Shown here one piece after another: positions 54,557 to 64,000 of a DNA stretch of 64,000 nucleotides. The position numbers and the translations under genes were made by a program. This DNA is from Candidatus Latescibacterota bacterium (GTDB lineage Bacteria; Latescibacterota; UBA2968; GCA-2709665). Numbering within the stretch: the first letter of the stretch is position 1; each line of letters opens with the position of its first letter. The notes beneath the pieces are model-generated. The model saw only the letters and a list, made by a program, of their open reading frames with translations, was not told where the DNA came from and ran no database searches. The stretch covers positions 4,736,001 to 4,800,000 of the forward strand of contig OZ244937.1 of assembly GCA_965222075.1 (NCBI GenBank), given 5' to 3'.

Positions 54557-57028
54557 TCAGGCCTTATCCTGATCCAGAAGTTCCTCGTCCATCGAATCTG
54601 CATCCATCGCATTCTCGTCGATGAAGTTGAGCCCGTCCCCCTTTTTGGTAATTCGAATCTTGCTTCCTGCGTTGAACCGCCCCTGGATAATCTCCTCGGC
54701 CATCGGATCTTCCACCATCTTCTGAAGGGTCCGCTTCAGATGCCGGGCGCCATAGGTCGGATCGTACCCCTTTTCGGCAATCAACGCCTTTGCACCTGGT
54801 GTTAGACTCACCGTAATACCCCGTTCTTCAACCCGGGAGAGAATCGTGGCTAAGTCGATATCCACAATCTGAATAATTTCTTTCCGGTCCAGAGGGTTGA
54901 AGATCACGATCTCGTCCAATCGGTTGAGGAACTCGGGGTTGAAGGTCTTCTTGAGCTCCTCCTGGATGCGCTCTTCCATTTTTTCCCGAATCGTCTTCTT
55001 ATCCGACTTGCTGAACCCCAATCCGCTGCTTTTGGTCAGATCTCTGGTCCCCAGGTTAGACGTCATAATCAGAATGGTGTTTTTGAAATTCACCTTCCGT
55101 CCAAAGCTGTCGGTCAATCGCCCCTCGTCCAGCGCCTGCAGAAGAATATTAAACACATCCGGATGTGCCTTTTCGATCTCATCTAAAAGGACCACCGAAT
55201 AGGGCCGCCTGCGCACCTTCTCCGTTAACTGCCCCCCTTCGTCGTAGCCGATATACCCCGGAGGTGCCCCCACCAGCCGGGACACCGCGAACTTCTCCAT
55301 GTACTCAGACATATCAACCGTAACAAGGGCCTCCTCATCGTCGAAAAGGTAGCGTGCTAAGGCCTGCGCCAGGTAGGTCTTTCCAATACCGGTCGGTCCT
55401 AAAAAGAGGAAAGTGCCAATGGGACAGTTGGGGTCTTTCAACCCCGCGCGGGTGCGGCGAATCGACCGACAGACCGTCTGTACGGCCTCATCCTGCCCGA
55501 CCACCCACTTCTTCAGTTTTTCCTCCATCTGGAGCAGCTTTTCCGACTCGGCCTGTGCCAGCCGGAAGACCGGGATGCCCGTCATGCTGGAGATCACTTC
55601 GGCGATGTGCTCCTCGTTCACCTCCACCACTTCATCCCTGACCTTCTCTTCCCACTCCTGCCGTTTCTCATCCAGGTGTTCCTTCAGCTTCCGCTCCTGA
55701 TCTCGAAGCTTGGCCGCCTCTTCAAACTGCTGGCTGTTTGCAGCCGTATTCTTCTGCCGCGTTACCTCCTCAATCTCAAGCTCCAGCGATTTGATCTCTT
55801 CTGGCGGATTCAGCCGTCCGAGGCGAACGCGGGAACCGGTTTCATCGATCACATCAATAGCCTTATCGGGCAAATACCGATCGCTGATGTAACGGTTTGC
55901 CATCTGCACGGCGCCCTCAAGTGCTTCATCTGTAAACTTCACCATGTGGTGCGCCTCAAAACTCGACTTGACTCCCTTGAGGATCTCAATGGTATCCCCC
56001 ACCGAAGGAGCCTCCACCAAGATCGTCTGAAAGCGGCGTTCGAGCGCCCCATCTTTCTCGATATATTTCCGGTACTCATCAAGCGTGGTAGCACCGATGC
56101 ACTGAAGTTCACCCCGAGAAAGCGCGGGCTTGAACATATTCGAAGCGTCCAGCGTACCTTCCGCACTTCCGGCGCCAACAATGGTATGAAGCTCATCGAT
56201 AAAGATGACCACATCCTGACTTTGCTGCAACTCGTTCATCACCGCCTTGATCCGTTCTTCAAACTGTCCGCGGTACTTGGTCCCCGCAACAATTCCACCC
56301 ATATCTAAGGTAACCACCCGCTTGTCCGCCAGCACCTGCGGCACCCGCCGTTCCACAATACGCTGGGCCAGCCCTTCTACAATCGCCGTTTTCCCCACAC
56401 CCGGTTCACCGATCAGCACCGGATTGTTCTTTTTTCGCCGGCTGAGGACCTGAGAGACCCGCTCGATCTCTTGATCTCTACCAATCACAGGATCCAGCTT
56501 TCCCTCCCGGGCCAGTTCTGTCAGATCCCGACCAAAGTGATCCAGAAACGGCGTCTTGCTCTTCTTCTTTTCGCGTTTACCGGTTGGCTTACCTTGCAAA
56601 ACGGCGATCACCTCCTCCTTGACAGCTTTGTGGTCTACGCCAAAAGCCGCTAAGATCTGGGCTGCCATAATCTCCTTGTCTTTAAGCAGAGCCAAAAGCA
56701 GGTGACAGGTCCTCACAACCTGGCTCTTCATCTCTTTGGCCTCGTTGGCCGCAACTTCCAGAATCTGCTTGGCCCGTGGCGTAAAAGGGACTTCTCCCAT
56801 CGTCATCGATCCACCCGAGGAAGCCACATAGTCGTCAATCGATTGTTTGATACTCTCCAGGTTCAGCCCCAGGTTCAGCAGCACCGTCACTGCCGAGCCT
56901 TTCCCATGCCGGATGATCCCCAGCAGAAGGTGTTCGCTGCTGATATAATTGGTCCCCAGCCGTGCCGCTTCTTCGCGGGCCAATTGCATCACCCGCTTCA
57001 CGTTGTCCGAAAACATGATGTTATTCAT
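54557..57028 (-). CDS. clpC: ATP-dependent Clp protease ATPase ClpC
   Basis: Clp_N repeats, 'GEPGVGKT', 'FIDELH', UVR 'FEEAAKLRD', 'GPTGIGKT', 'LLDEIEKAH', 'LGF' loop. Confidence 0.95.
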   Translation of the reverse strand: MNNIMFSDNVKRVMQLAREEAARLGTNYISSEHLLLGIIRHGKGSAVTVLLNLGLNLESIKQSIDDYVASSGGSMTMGEVPFTPRAKQILEVAANEAKEMKSQVVRTCHLLLALLKDKEIMAAQILAAFGVDHKAVKEEVIAVLQGKPTGKREKKKSKTPFLDHFGRDLTELAREGKLDPVIGRDQEIERVSQVLSRRKKNNPVLIGEPGVGKTAIVEGLAQRIVERRVPQVLADKRVVTLDMGGIVAGTKYRGQFEERIKAVMNELQQSQDVVIFIDELHTIVGAGSAEGTLDASNMFKPALSRGELQCIGATTLDEYRKYIEKDGALERRFQTILVEAPSVGDTIEILKGVKSSFEAHHMVKFTDEALEGAVQMANRYISDRYLPDKAIDVIDETGSRVRLGRLNPPEEIKSLELEIEEVTRQKNTAANSQQFEEAAKLRDQERKLKEHLDEKRQEWEEKVRDEVVEVNEEHIAEVISSMTGIPVFRLAQAESEKLLQMEEKLKKWVVGQDEAVQTVCRSIRRTRAGLKDPNCPIGTFLFLGPTGIGKTYLAQALARYLFDDEEALVTVDMSEYMEKFAVSRLVGAPPGYIGYDEGGQLTEKVRRRPYSVVLLDEIEKAHPDVFNILLQALDEGRLTDSFGRKVNFKNTILIMTSNLGTRDLTKSSGLGFSKSDKKTIREKMEERIQEELKKTFNPEFLNRLDEIVIFNPLDRKEIIQIVDIDLATILSRVEERGITVSLTPGAKALIAEKGYDPTYGARHLKRTLQKMVEDPMAEEIIQGRFNAGSKIRITKKGDGLNFIDENAMDADSMDEELLDQDKA

Positions 57029-57082
57029 ATCCGTCTCCTCTTCCCTGCTTGTGGCTTCCCACACCCTTCAAGGCGCTTAACA

Positions 57083-57763
57083 TCAGGCCGAATCTACAAT
57101 CCGTCCGTCTTCCATCCGGACAATCCGATCGGCTCGTCTGGCCAGAGCCACGTCGTGGGTGACCAACACAAAGGTCTGTTCCAAATTGTGGGCAAGTTCC
57201 CAGATCATATCGTGGAGTTCAACACTTCGCTCCACGTCTAAGTTGCCCGAAGGCTCATCGGCTAAGACCAGCTTTGGGCGCGTCACCAGCGCCCGGGCCA
57301 CGGCCACCCGCTGCAATTCCCCCCCCGACAGTTCCGCCGGAAGGTGGTCCATTCGGTCCGAAAGCCCAACGCTTTGGAACAACGCAGCCGCAGGCCCCCA
57401 AGCCTGCGCCGCATCCTGCCCCTGAATCATCAAAGGCAGCATCACATTTTCCAGCGCTGTAAAATCGGCAAGCAGGTGGTGGAACTGAAAAACGAAACCT
57501 ACCGCTCGATTTCGAAACCGGGCCCTCTCGGCATCCGGAAGGGCGAACACGTCCGTAGCATCGATCCACACCGATCCCGAAGAAGGGTGATCCAACCCCC
57601 CCAGGATGTGCAGAAGCGTACTCTTGCCAACCCCCGAAGGCCCAACCACTGCCACGATCTCTCCGGGCGCTACCGACAGATCAATCTCTTTGAGCACCTC
57701 AAGCTCGGTATCCCCCATGCGATACCGCTTGGTAACCCTCACCGCCTTCAGCAGGCTACCCAT
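57083..57763 (-). CDS. lolD: Lipoprotein-releasing ABC ATPase LolD-like
   Basis: 'GPSGVGKSTLLH', 'GFVFQFHHLL', 'LSGGE.QRVAVARAL', 'ADEP.GNLD', 'VTHD'. Confidence 0.85.
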   Translation of the reverse strand: MGSLLKAVRVTKRYRMGDTELEVLKEIDLSVAPGEIVAVVGPSGVGKSTLLHILGGLDHPSSGSVWIDATDVFALPDAERARFRNRAVGFVFQFHHLLADFTALENVMLPLMIQGQDAAQAWGPAAALFQSVGLSDRMDHLPAELSGGELQRVAVARALVTRPKLVLADEPSGNLDVERSVELHDMIWELAHNLEQTFVLVTHDVALARRADRIVRMEDGRIVDSA

Positions 57764-59303
57764 CAACCCCTTCCCCCACCTTCGACCGGCCCTCTTCGGG
57801 ACGCATATGGGGAAAAAGGATCACATCCCGAATCGACGGTGAATCGGTCAGCAGCATCACCAGCCGGTCAACACCGAACCCGAATCCTCCCGTGGGGGGC
57901 ATCCCGTACTCTAAGGCCCGGATGTAATCCTCATCTAAGACCTGCGCCTCCTCATCCCCCCTCTCCCTCAGGGCCATCTGCTGTTCGAACCGCCGCCGCT
58001 GGTCGATCGGATCGTTCAACTCCGAAAAGGCATTCCCCGCCTCCCAACCGCAGATAAACGGCTCGAACCGCTCGGTCAACTCAGGGTCCTCCCGGTGCCG
58101 CTTGGCCAGCGGGGACAGCTCAACCGGGTAATCGATAATAAAGGTCGGCTGGATCAGATGGGGCTGCACACAGGCCTTAAAGATCTCATCGATCAGCTGC
58201 CCCCGATCCGCATTCGGATTGACCTCCACCTCCAGCCGCCGACACACCACCCGTAGCTCATCCTCCGATGCCCCCCGAAGGTTCCCTCCCCCGTGGGCCT
58301 CGATCGCCTCCAGCATCGTCATCCGTCGCCACGGAGACGACAGATCAATCTCCTGGCCCTGATAGGTAATCCTGTGTGAACCGGTCACCTCCTGCGCCAC
58401 AGAGGCAAACAGCTTCTCAGCCAGCGCCATCATATCTGTATAATCGGCATAGGCCTGGTAAAGCTCCAGCAGCGTAAACTCAGGATTGTGCGACCGGTCG
58501 ATCCCCTCGTTGCGAAACACCTTGCTGAATTCGTAGACCCGTTCAAAACCGCCCACGATCAGACGCTTTAAGTAAAGCTCGTTGGAAATCCGGAGGTAAA
58601 GCTTCATATCGAGAGCATTGTGGTGCGTCACAAACGGCCGGGCCGAGGCCCCTCCGTAGAGGGGCTGTAAAACCGGGGTGTCGAGCTCCAAGAACTCCCG
58701 CTCATCCAGAAACCTCCGGATGGCCGAAACAATGGCGATACGCCTTCGAAAAACCTCCTGGACCTCCGGATTCAGCGCCAGGTCGAGGTACCGCCGCCGA
58801 TAGCGCAACTCCTTGGCGCTGAACGCATCATGGACCATCCGCTGGCCGTCCCGGACCTCCTCTTTGGGCACAGGTAGCGGCCGAATCGCCTTGGAAAGCA
58901 GCTCCAGGTGCTGCACCTGAACGGTCATTTCGCCCGTCCGCGTGCGAAACACCGGGCCGGTAACCCCGATGAAATCTCCGATATCGAGCAGCTTCCAAAG
59001 CTGAAACGCCTCGTCCCCGACCACATCTAGCTTAAGGTAGATCTGCATCCGCCCCGTCTTATCCCGCAGATCGGCGAACGAGGACTTTCCGTGCCCCCGA
59101 ACGACCATCAGGCGGCCCGCCACGGCCACCTCGGTCTTCAAATCCTCAAGATTTTCAAACGCTTCCCGAATTTCCCCGAAGGTGTGAGTGACTTGAAATT
59201 TATAGGGATAGGGCGTAACCCCCATCTCCCGAATCGCCTCCAGCTTCTGTATCCGCTGGGCGATCAATTGCGCCTCCGGGGCGGACGACCCTTCTTCAGT
59301 CAA
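57756..59303 (-). CDS. lysS: Lysine--tRNA ligase (class II)
   Basis: 'RYRRRYLDL', 'GGASARPF.THHNALD', 'FRNEG...HNPEFT', 'YGMPPTGG.G.G.DRL'. Confidence 0.98.
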   Translation of the reverse strand: MTEEGSSAPEAQLIAQRIQKLEAIREMGVTPYPYKFQVTHTFGEIREAFENLEDLKTEVAVAGRLMVVRGHGKSSFADLRDKTGRMQIYLKLDVVGDEAFQLWKLLDIGDFIGVTGPVFRTRTGEMTVQVQHLELLSKAIRPLPVPKEEVRDGQRMVHDAFSAKELRYRRRYLDLALNPEVQEVFRRRIAIVSAIRRFLDEREFLELDTPVLQPLYGGASARPFVTHHNALDMKLYLRISNELYLKRLIVGGFERVYEFSKVFRNEGIDRSHNPEFTLLELYQAYADYTDMMALAEKLFASVAQEVTGSHRITYQGQEIDLSSPWRRMTMLEAIEAHGGGNLRGASEDELRVVCRRLEVEVNPNADRGQLIDEIFKACVQPHLIQPTFIIDYPVELSPLAKRHREDPELTERFEPFICGWEAGNAFSELNDPIDQRRRFEQQMALRERGDEEAQVLDEDYIRALEYGMPPTGGFGFGVDRLVMLLTDSPSIRDVILFPHMRPEEGRSKVGEGVDG

Positions 59304-59370
59304 GCGCTAATTCCTCCCCTCAAAACGGGTTCAAACAGGGGTATTTCGTAATTTTTCTAAATTCAAAAAT

Positions 59371-59399
59371 AGTATAACCAATCTAAAGGTGGAAGTCAA
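59371..59399 (-). promoter_or_regulatory. sigma70-type promoter for lysS operon
   Basis: TTGACT-N17-TATACT; the -35 overlaps the prfB stop codon. Confidence 0.65.
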
Positions 59400-60533
59400 G
59401 CGCTTTGCCCAGACGACTCCTCCGCGCCCCTCTGGCTTAGATAGGCATGCATAAACGCATCGATATCCCCGTCCATAACCGACTGAATGTTGGAGGTCTC
59501 CACCTCGGTTCGCAGGTCTTTCACCATCTGGTAGGGGTGGAAAACGTAGCTCCGGATCTGACTCCCCCACTCGATCTTCTTCTTGCCGCTCTCCCGTTCT
59601 GCCTGTTTTTCCTCCTCCTTCTCTTTGTAGTGCTGATATAGCCTGGCGCTTAGAATCTTCATCGCAATATTTCGATTCTTGTGCTGTGAACGCTCGTTCT
59701 GGCACTGTACCACGATCCTGGTCGGTACATGGGTGATCCGCACGGCCGAGTCGGTCTTATTCACATGCTGTCCGCCGGCCCCACTTGAGCGATAGGTCTC
59801 TACCTGAAGGTCCTCCTCCCGGATCTCCACCTCAATATCCCCCGCTGCTTCTGGAGACACAAATACCGACGCAAATGAGGTATGGCGTCGGTTGTTGGAA
59901 TCAAACGGCGAAATCCGCACCAGGCGATGCACCCCGATCTCCGACTTTAAATAGCCAAAAGCGTTATCCCCTCGAACTTCAATGGTGACACTCTTGATCC
60001 CGGCGGTCTCTCCGGGCAGCAGATCCAGTATCTTGGTCTGAAATCCACGGCGTTCCGCCCACCGGAGGTACATACGCATCAACACCTGCGCCCAGTCGGC
60101 CGATTCCGTGCCTCCCGCCCCGGGGTGGATGGTCAGAATCGCATTGAGACGGTCCTCCTTCTCCCCCAGCATATGCCGGAGTTCCAGTTCCTCTAAGGCC
60201 CGCTCTAAATCCGCCAGCTCCCCCTCAACCTCCCTCAGCGTTCCGGCGTCGCCCTCCTCCTGGGCCAGCTCGTGCAGCACCTCCAGGTCGCTCTGACGGC
60301 CATCTAAGCCTTTCCAGCCTTCCACCCATTCCTTGTGGGTATTGGCCTCGTCGATAATCTCGCGCGCCTTCTCCTGATCGTCCCAGAAATCCGGACGTTC
60401 CATCCCTTTTTCAAGCGACTCTATCCGGACCTCTCGCCCTGCTAAGTCAAAGATACCTCCCGAGGTTGTCCAGCCGGGCCCTGCATGCCTCCAGCCGGGC
60501 CCGGGCTTCATGATTCTGAATCTCTACAGACAT
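59396..60533 (-). CDS. prfB: Peptide chain release factor 2 with programmed +1 frameshift
   Basis: ORF1 MSVEIQ...LGRYL (ATG 60533), then GGAGGTAT-CTT TGA C at 60460-60446; ORF2 has SPF and GGQ motifs. Confidence 0.97.
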
Positions 60534-60597
60534 ACCCAACAGCTCCTTCCTGTGTGATCCTAAGCCCTCAGCCAAAACACTTCTGTATTCCTACATA

Positions 60598-61098
60598 CTA
60601 CGCTACCTTTTCCAGGACCCTTACCAACTTCTCGTAGGTCTCTGTCAGCCCCTCCGAAATGACCCGGGTCTCTCCCAGGACCGGCATAAAATTCGTGTCT
60701 CCGTTCCAGCGGGGCACAATATGGAGGTGCAGATGATCCGCAATCCCGGCCCCGGCGACCCGCCCCAGGTTCATCCCGATGTTGAACCCATCGGGATGTA
60801 TTGCCCGGGTTAAGGCCTCAATGCCCTTCTGGCCCAACGCAAACACCTCCAACCGCTCGGCCTCGGACAACGCCGAAAGATCTGCTGTGTGCCGGACTGG
60901 AACGACCATCAGATGCCCATTGGTATAGGGGAAAAGGTTCATCATAATATAACAGGTTGTCCCCCGAAACAGCACCAGATTTTCCGCATCCTCCCGCTCC
61001 TGCCACTTCAGGCAGAACACGCACGCCCCTTGGGGGTACGCCTTTGCCGACGCCCCTGAAATATACGTCATCCGCCACGGCGCCCAGAGCCGCTCCAT
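60598..61098 (-). CDS. HIT domain protein (Ap4A phosphorylase/hydrolase-like)
   Basis: 'LWAPWRM.YI', 'CVFC', 'N.FPY..GH', 'AGAGI.DHLHLHIVPRW.GD'. Confidence 0.92.
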   Translation of the reverse strand: MERLWAPWRMTYISGASAKAYPQGACVFCLKWQEREDAENLVLFRGTTCYIMMNLFPYTNGHLMVVPVRHTADLSALSEAERLEVFALGQKGIEALTRAIHPDGFNIGMNLGRVAGAGIADHLHLHIVPRWNGDTNFMPVLGETRVISEGLTETYEKLVRVLEKVA

Positions 61099-61223
61099 AG
61101 GAAAACCCCCAGTTCCAGGTTCCACCCCGCCCACCTCTCCTCCAGTCCAAGGTTCAAAGTTCCCTCTCACCCCCACCCCTTCGATCTCTGACGCCACAAC
61201 TTTGGAACTTTGAACGCCTCCTT

Positions 61224-61883
61224 CTACCTCAAGTCCACAACCTCAACCCCCTCGGGAGGCTGGAAAGTAAAGATCTCTTCCCTGATGCTTTTGTCCACCT
61301 TCAAATCCGAAAGCATGTGGGTTGTGACATCGTCGTTGATGTTTTGGTATTCAACCTGTCGAACCAGCCAGACTTTTCGGTCCACCCACAGGCGGATGTA
61401 GGGAATATGGCTCTCCTCTTGCCGGGCGATCAATTCCACCAGGTGGCAGGTCTTCCTGTTCACGCGCACCTCGCCCACATACCGGGGCACAAACCGGTCT
61501 GAATACCCCCCCAGCAGAATCAAATCGAAAAGCAGTTTCTCGTAACTCCGGTCGTCCTGCACCGCTCTGTAGTTGCTCATCACCACCTGTTCGTTCACAG
61601 ACGAATAAGTCCAGGCCGTCTTCCCATCGGTCACAACCGTCTGAACCGGGGTCTCAAATCGGAACCGGTCCGGTTTCTGGACGTAGAGCCGCCCCTTGGT
61701 CTCCTGCGTCTGGTCCACCAGTTTCCAGTAGTGTTTCCGTTTAAACCGGGCAGAGAGGCTTTTCATATCCGCAAACCGTTCCTGCAGCCTCCGGATCACC
61801 TCCGAACCGTCAACCCCCCACGCCTGTCCGAACAGCAGGAGGGTGCCTGCGATCAGAAGAACGGCCGTCCGCGTTACCTTCAT
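61224..61883 (-). CDS. lolA: Outer-membrane lipoprotein carrier LolA family
   Basis: Signal peptide, 'G.LYVQKP.RFRFE...Q.VVTDGKT.W.Y', 'FTF.PPEGVEVVD'; follows ftsK. Confidence 0.88.
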   Translation of the reverse strand: MKVTRTAVLLIAGTLLLFGQAWGVDGSEVIRRLQERFADMKSLSARFKRKHYWKLVDQTQETKGRLYVQKPDRFRFETPVQTVVTDGKTAWTYSSVNEQVVMSNYRAVQDDRSYEKLLFDLILLGGYSDRFVPRYVGEVRVNRKTCHLVELIARQEESHIPYIRLWVDRKVWLVRQVEYQNINDDVTTHMLSDLKVDKSIREEIFTFQPPEGVEVVDLR

Positions 61884-61982
61884 AGCCACCTCCACAATGT
61901 GAAACGGCAAACGGCCCCTCCGTCCTTCCCCAAAACCCTGGCTCTGGCTTCCGGGAGGTGGTGGGTGGGGACGTTTCACGTT

Positions 61983-64000
61983 TCACATCCCCGACGCTTC
62001 CTCCTCCAGTTGTTCCAGATAATCCTCCCCAACCAGCACCTCCCGACCCTTGCTGCTGCCATCGGATGGGCCCACAATCCCTGCCTGTTCCAGTTCGTCA
62101 ATCAGACGGGCGGCCCGGGCATAGCCCACCTTCATCCGGCGCTGCAGCAGGGAAGCCGACCCCTGCTGGTGCATAACCACCAGGCGCAGGGCCTCATCGA
62201 AACGCTCGTCCCGGACCATTTTGGCAAGGGCCACATCATTCTCATCGTCCTCCAGGTCTACGCCTTCCAGCATTACCCCCTGGCTGCTGACCCATTTCAC
62301 CAGCCGCTCGGTCTCCTCGGTAGACATATTGGCCCCGTGAATCCGAATCGGCTCGGGCTTTCCCGAAGGCATAAAGAGCATATCGCCTCGTCCCAAAAGC
62401 TTCTCCGCCCCATTTGCATCTAAGATCGTGCGGGAATCGACCTTAGAAGCGACCCGGAAAGCAATGCGAGACGGAAAATTCGCCTTAATCGTACCCGTAA
62501 TCACATTTACCGAAGGCCGCTGGGTAGCCAGAATCAGGTGGATGCCCACCGCCCGGGCCATCTGGGCCAGCCGCGCCAGCGAATCCTCGATATCCGTAGG
62601 GGCCGTCATCATCAAATCCGCCAGTTCGTCGATCACTACCACAATATAGGGCAACTGGGGAGACACATCCAGACGGTCTGCCTCCGTCTCTGCCTCATCC
62701 CGCATTCGGTCCAGCTTCCGGTTGAAATCTAAGATATTTCGCACACTGTAGCTGGCCATCGTTCGGTAGCGGTGCTCCATCTCCGCCACCGCCCACTTCA
62801 GGGCCTCCGCCGCCTTTTTCGGCTCCGTCACAACCGGCGCAAGCAGATGCGGAATACTGTCGTAAATGGTGAGTTCCAGCATCTTGGGGTCCACCATCAT
62901 AAACCGGACCTTTTCTGGCGCATTCCGGACCAGAATGCTGGTAATTAAGGCATTGATACAAACCGACTTCCCGCTCCCTGTCGCCCCTGCAATCAGCAGG
63001 TGAGGCATCTCGGCCAAGTCGGTGCAGAAAGGCTCCCCCGCAGCCGTCTTGCCCAGTGCCAGCATCAACTTCGAGCCGGACGACTGAAACGACCCGGACT
63101 CAAGGATTTCCTTCAGATAGACGATCGACGGCTTCTTGTTGGGCACCTCGACCCCCACGGCGGCCTTTCCGGGAATAGGGGCCTGGATGCGGATACCGCG
63201 TGCCTTCATCACCAGCGCCAGGTCATCTGCTAAGTTCACAATCCGGTTGACCTTCACACCCGGTGGAGGCTGCACTTCATAGCATGAGATCACCGGCCCT
63301 GGATTCACCTGCATCACCTTTCCCTCGATGCCAAAGCTGGCCAAACTCCGCTCTAAAGTCTGAGCGCCCTCCAGCAGATGCTCCCGATCCGGCGAGCCAT
63401 CCTCATCTGGTGCATCGTTCAGCAAATCCAAGTCCGGGAGGGTGTAATCCACATCGGAAGATTGATCGATACGCTTCCTGCTTGCCTGAGACCTCGGCAT
63501 CTCTATCGGCAGGGCGACAATCTCCGGTTTCGAATCCTTTACGTCCACCTCCTCCCGGTCATCCTCTTCCTCAATCGTGTCCTCACCTACAGACGCCGAC
63601 TCGGGGACCTCGGACGTATGGGCCGCTTCAAAAAGGGCCTCTTCGCCGATCTCAGATATGTCTTCTCCGGAGGATGTAAGCACCTTTGAGGGGGTTGGCT
63701 CCAATGATACTTTTTGCCGCCTTTTCCGCCGGACCGCACGCCGTGCGGTCCCGGGCCTGACCCATTTTCCAAAGCCCAGCACCCTCCTCCCGACGCCTTT
63801 CACAAAACCCAACACCAGGGTCCAGACCCCCTGTGCGGCCTTTCTCACCAGGTCGGGAATCTGGGAAAAGGGGATATTGGTGACCAGCATCAGCAGCACC
63901 AGAAGCGCCGTCCCCAGCAGGATATAGGACCCGATTTGCCCCAGGTAAGGCACCAGGAACGTAGAGGAAAGCATGACCCCCAGCCACCCGCCCAGGAGAA
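61983..64000 (-). CDS. ftsK: DNA translocase FtsK (5' end beyond window)
   Basis: 'PHLLIAGATGSGKS', 'DPKMLEL', 'IDELADLM', 'ATQRPSV', gamma domain 'LQRRMKVGYARAAR'. Confidence 0.97.
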   Translation of the reverse strand, partial: LLGGWLGVMLSSTFLVPYLGQIGSYILLGTALLVLLMLVTNIPFSQIPDLVRKAAQGVWTLVLGFVKGVGRRVLGFGKWVRPGTARRAVRRKRRQKVSLEPTPSKVLTSSGEDISEIGEEALFEAAHTSEVPESASVGEDTIEEEDDREEVDVKDSKPEIVALPIEMPRSQASRKRIDQSSDVDYTLPDLDLLNDAPDEDGSPDREHLLEGAQTLERSLASFGIEGKVMQVNPGPVISCYEVQPPPGVKVNRIVNLADDLALVMKARGIRIQAPIPGKAAVGVEVPNKKPSIVYLKEILESGSFQSSGSKLMLALGKTAAGEPFCTDLAEMPHLLIAGATGSGKSVCINALITSILVRNAPEKVRFMMVDPKMLELTIYDSIPHLLAPVVTEPKKAAEALKWAVAEMEHRYRTMASYSVRNILDFNRKLDRMRDEAETEADRLDVSPQLPYIVVVIDELADLMMTAPTDIEDSLARLAQMARAVGIHLILATQRPSVNVITGTIKANFPSRIAFRVASKVDSRTILDANGAEKLLGRGDMLFMPSGKPEPIRIHGANMSTEETERLVKWVSSQGVMLEGVDLEDDENDVALAKMVRDERFDEALRLVVMHQQGSASLLQRRMKVGYARAARLIDELEQAGIVGPSDGSSKGREVLVGEDYLEQLEEEASGM

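Noticed and set aside
59396-60511. prfB as a pseudogene, or starting at 60511
   Set aside because: The canonical programmed frameshift explains the split reading frame

Overview
GC-rich bacterial chromosome segment. Gene content (GWxTD/TPR protein, several heparinase II/III-like enzymes, PhyH dioxygenase, ftsK-lolA-HIT-prfB-lysS-lolD-clpC-bamA-skp-fabZ) suggests a diderm of the FCB group such as Ca. Latescibacterota; this placement is inference only. Left to right: (1) 1-16.4 kb, two convergent catabolic blocks with three large heparinase II/III-like proteins, a DegT aminotransferase, two ceramidase-like and two metallohydrolase genes; (2) tRNA-Thr, transaldolase, a polyprenyl synthase and a DUF1998 helicase; (3) 21-33.4 kb, a same-strand lipid-envelope cluster (flippase-like, TolC, MlaC-DUF3047 fusion, IPCT/DIPPS-like enzyme, MlaC, MMPL) followed by an AT-richer cassette (internally duplicated membrane protein, GMC and Gfo/Idh/MocA oxidoreductases); (4) TPR-parvulin, DMT, glycerate kinase and GWxTD genes; (5) 40.9-43.8 kb, a variable region downstream of tRNA-Glu with ORFans, a small gene broken by nested CCTGCCTG/CAGGCAGG palindromes, an IS200/IS605-like end and three candidate small RNAs; (6) tRNA-Glu, tRNA-Val, Zn-ribbon-rnhA-rnpB-pyrF and core envelope/translation genes. 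Main leads: the putative inositol-type lipid synthesis/export cluster together with the absence of lpxD/C/A from the bamA-skp-fabZ operon; the promoter- and terminator-bounded orphan sRNAs; the nested palindrome insertion; and rnhA reading 74 nt into the RNase P RNA. All family calls come from motif recognition by eye; no database searches were run.
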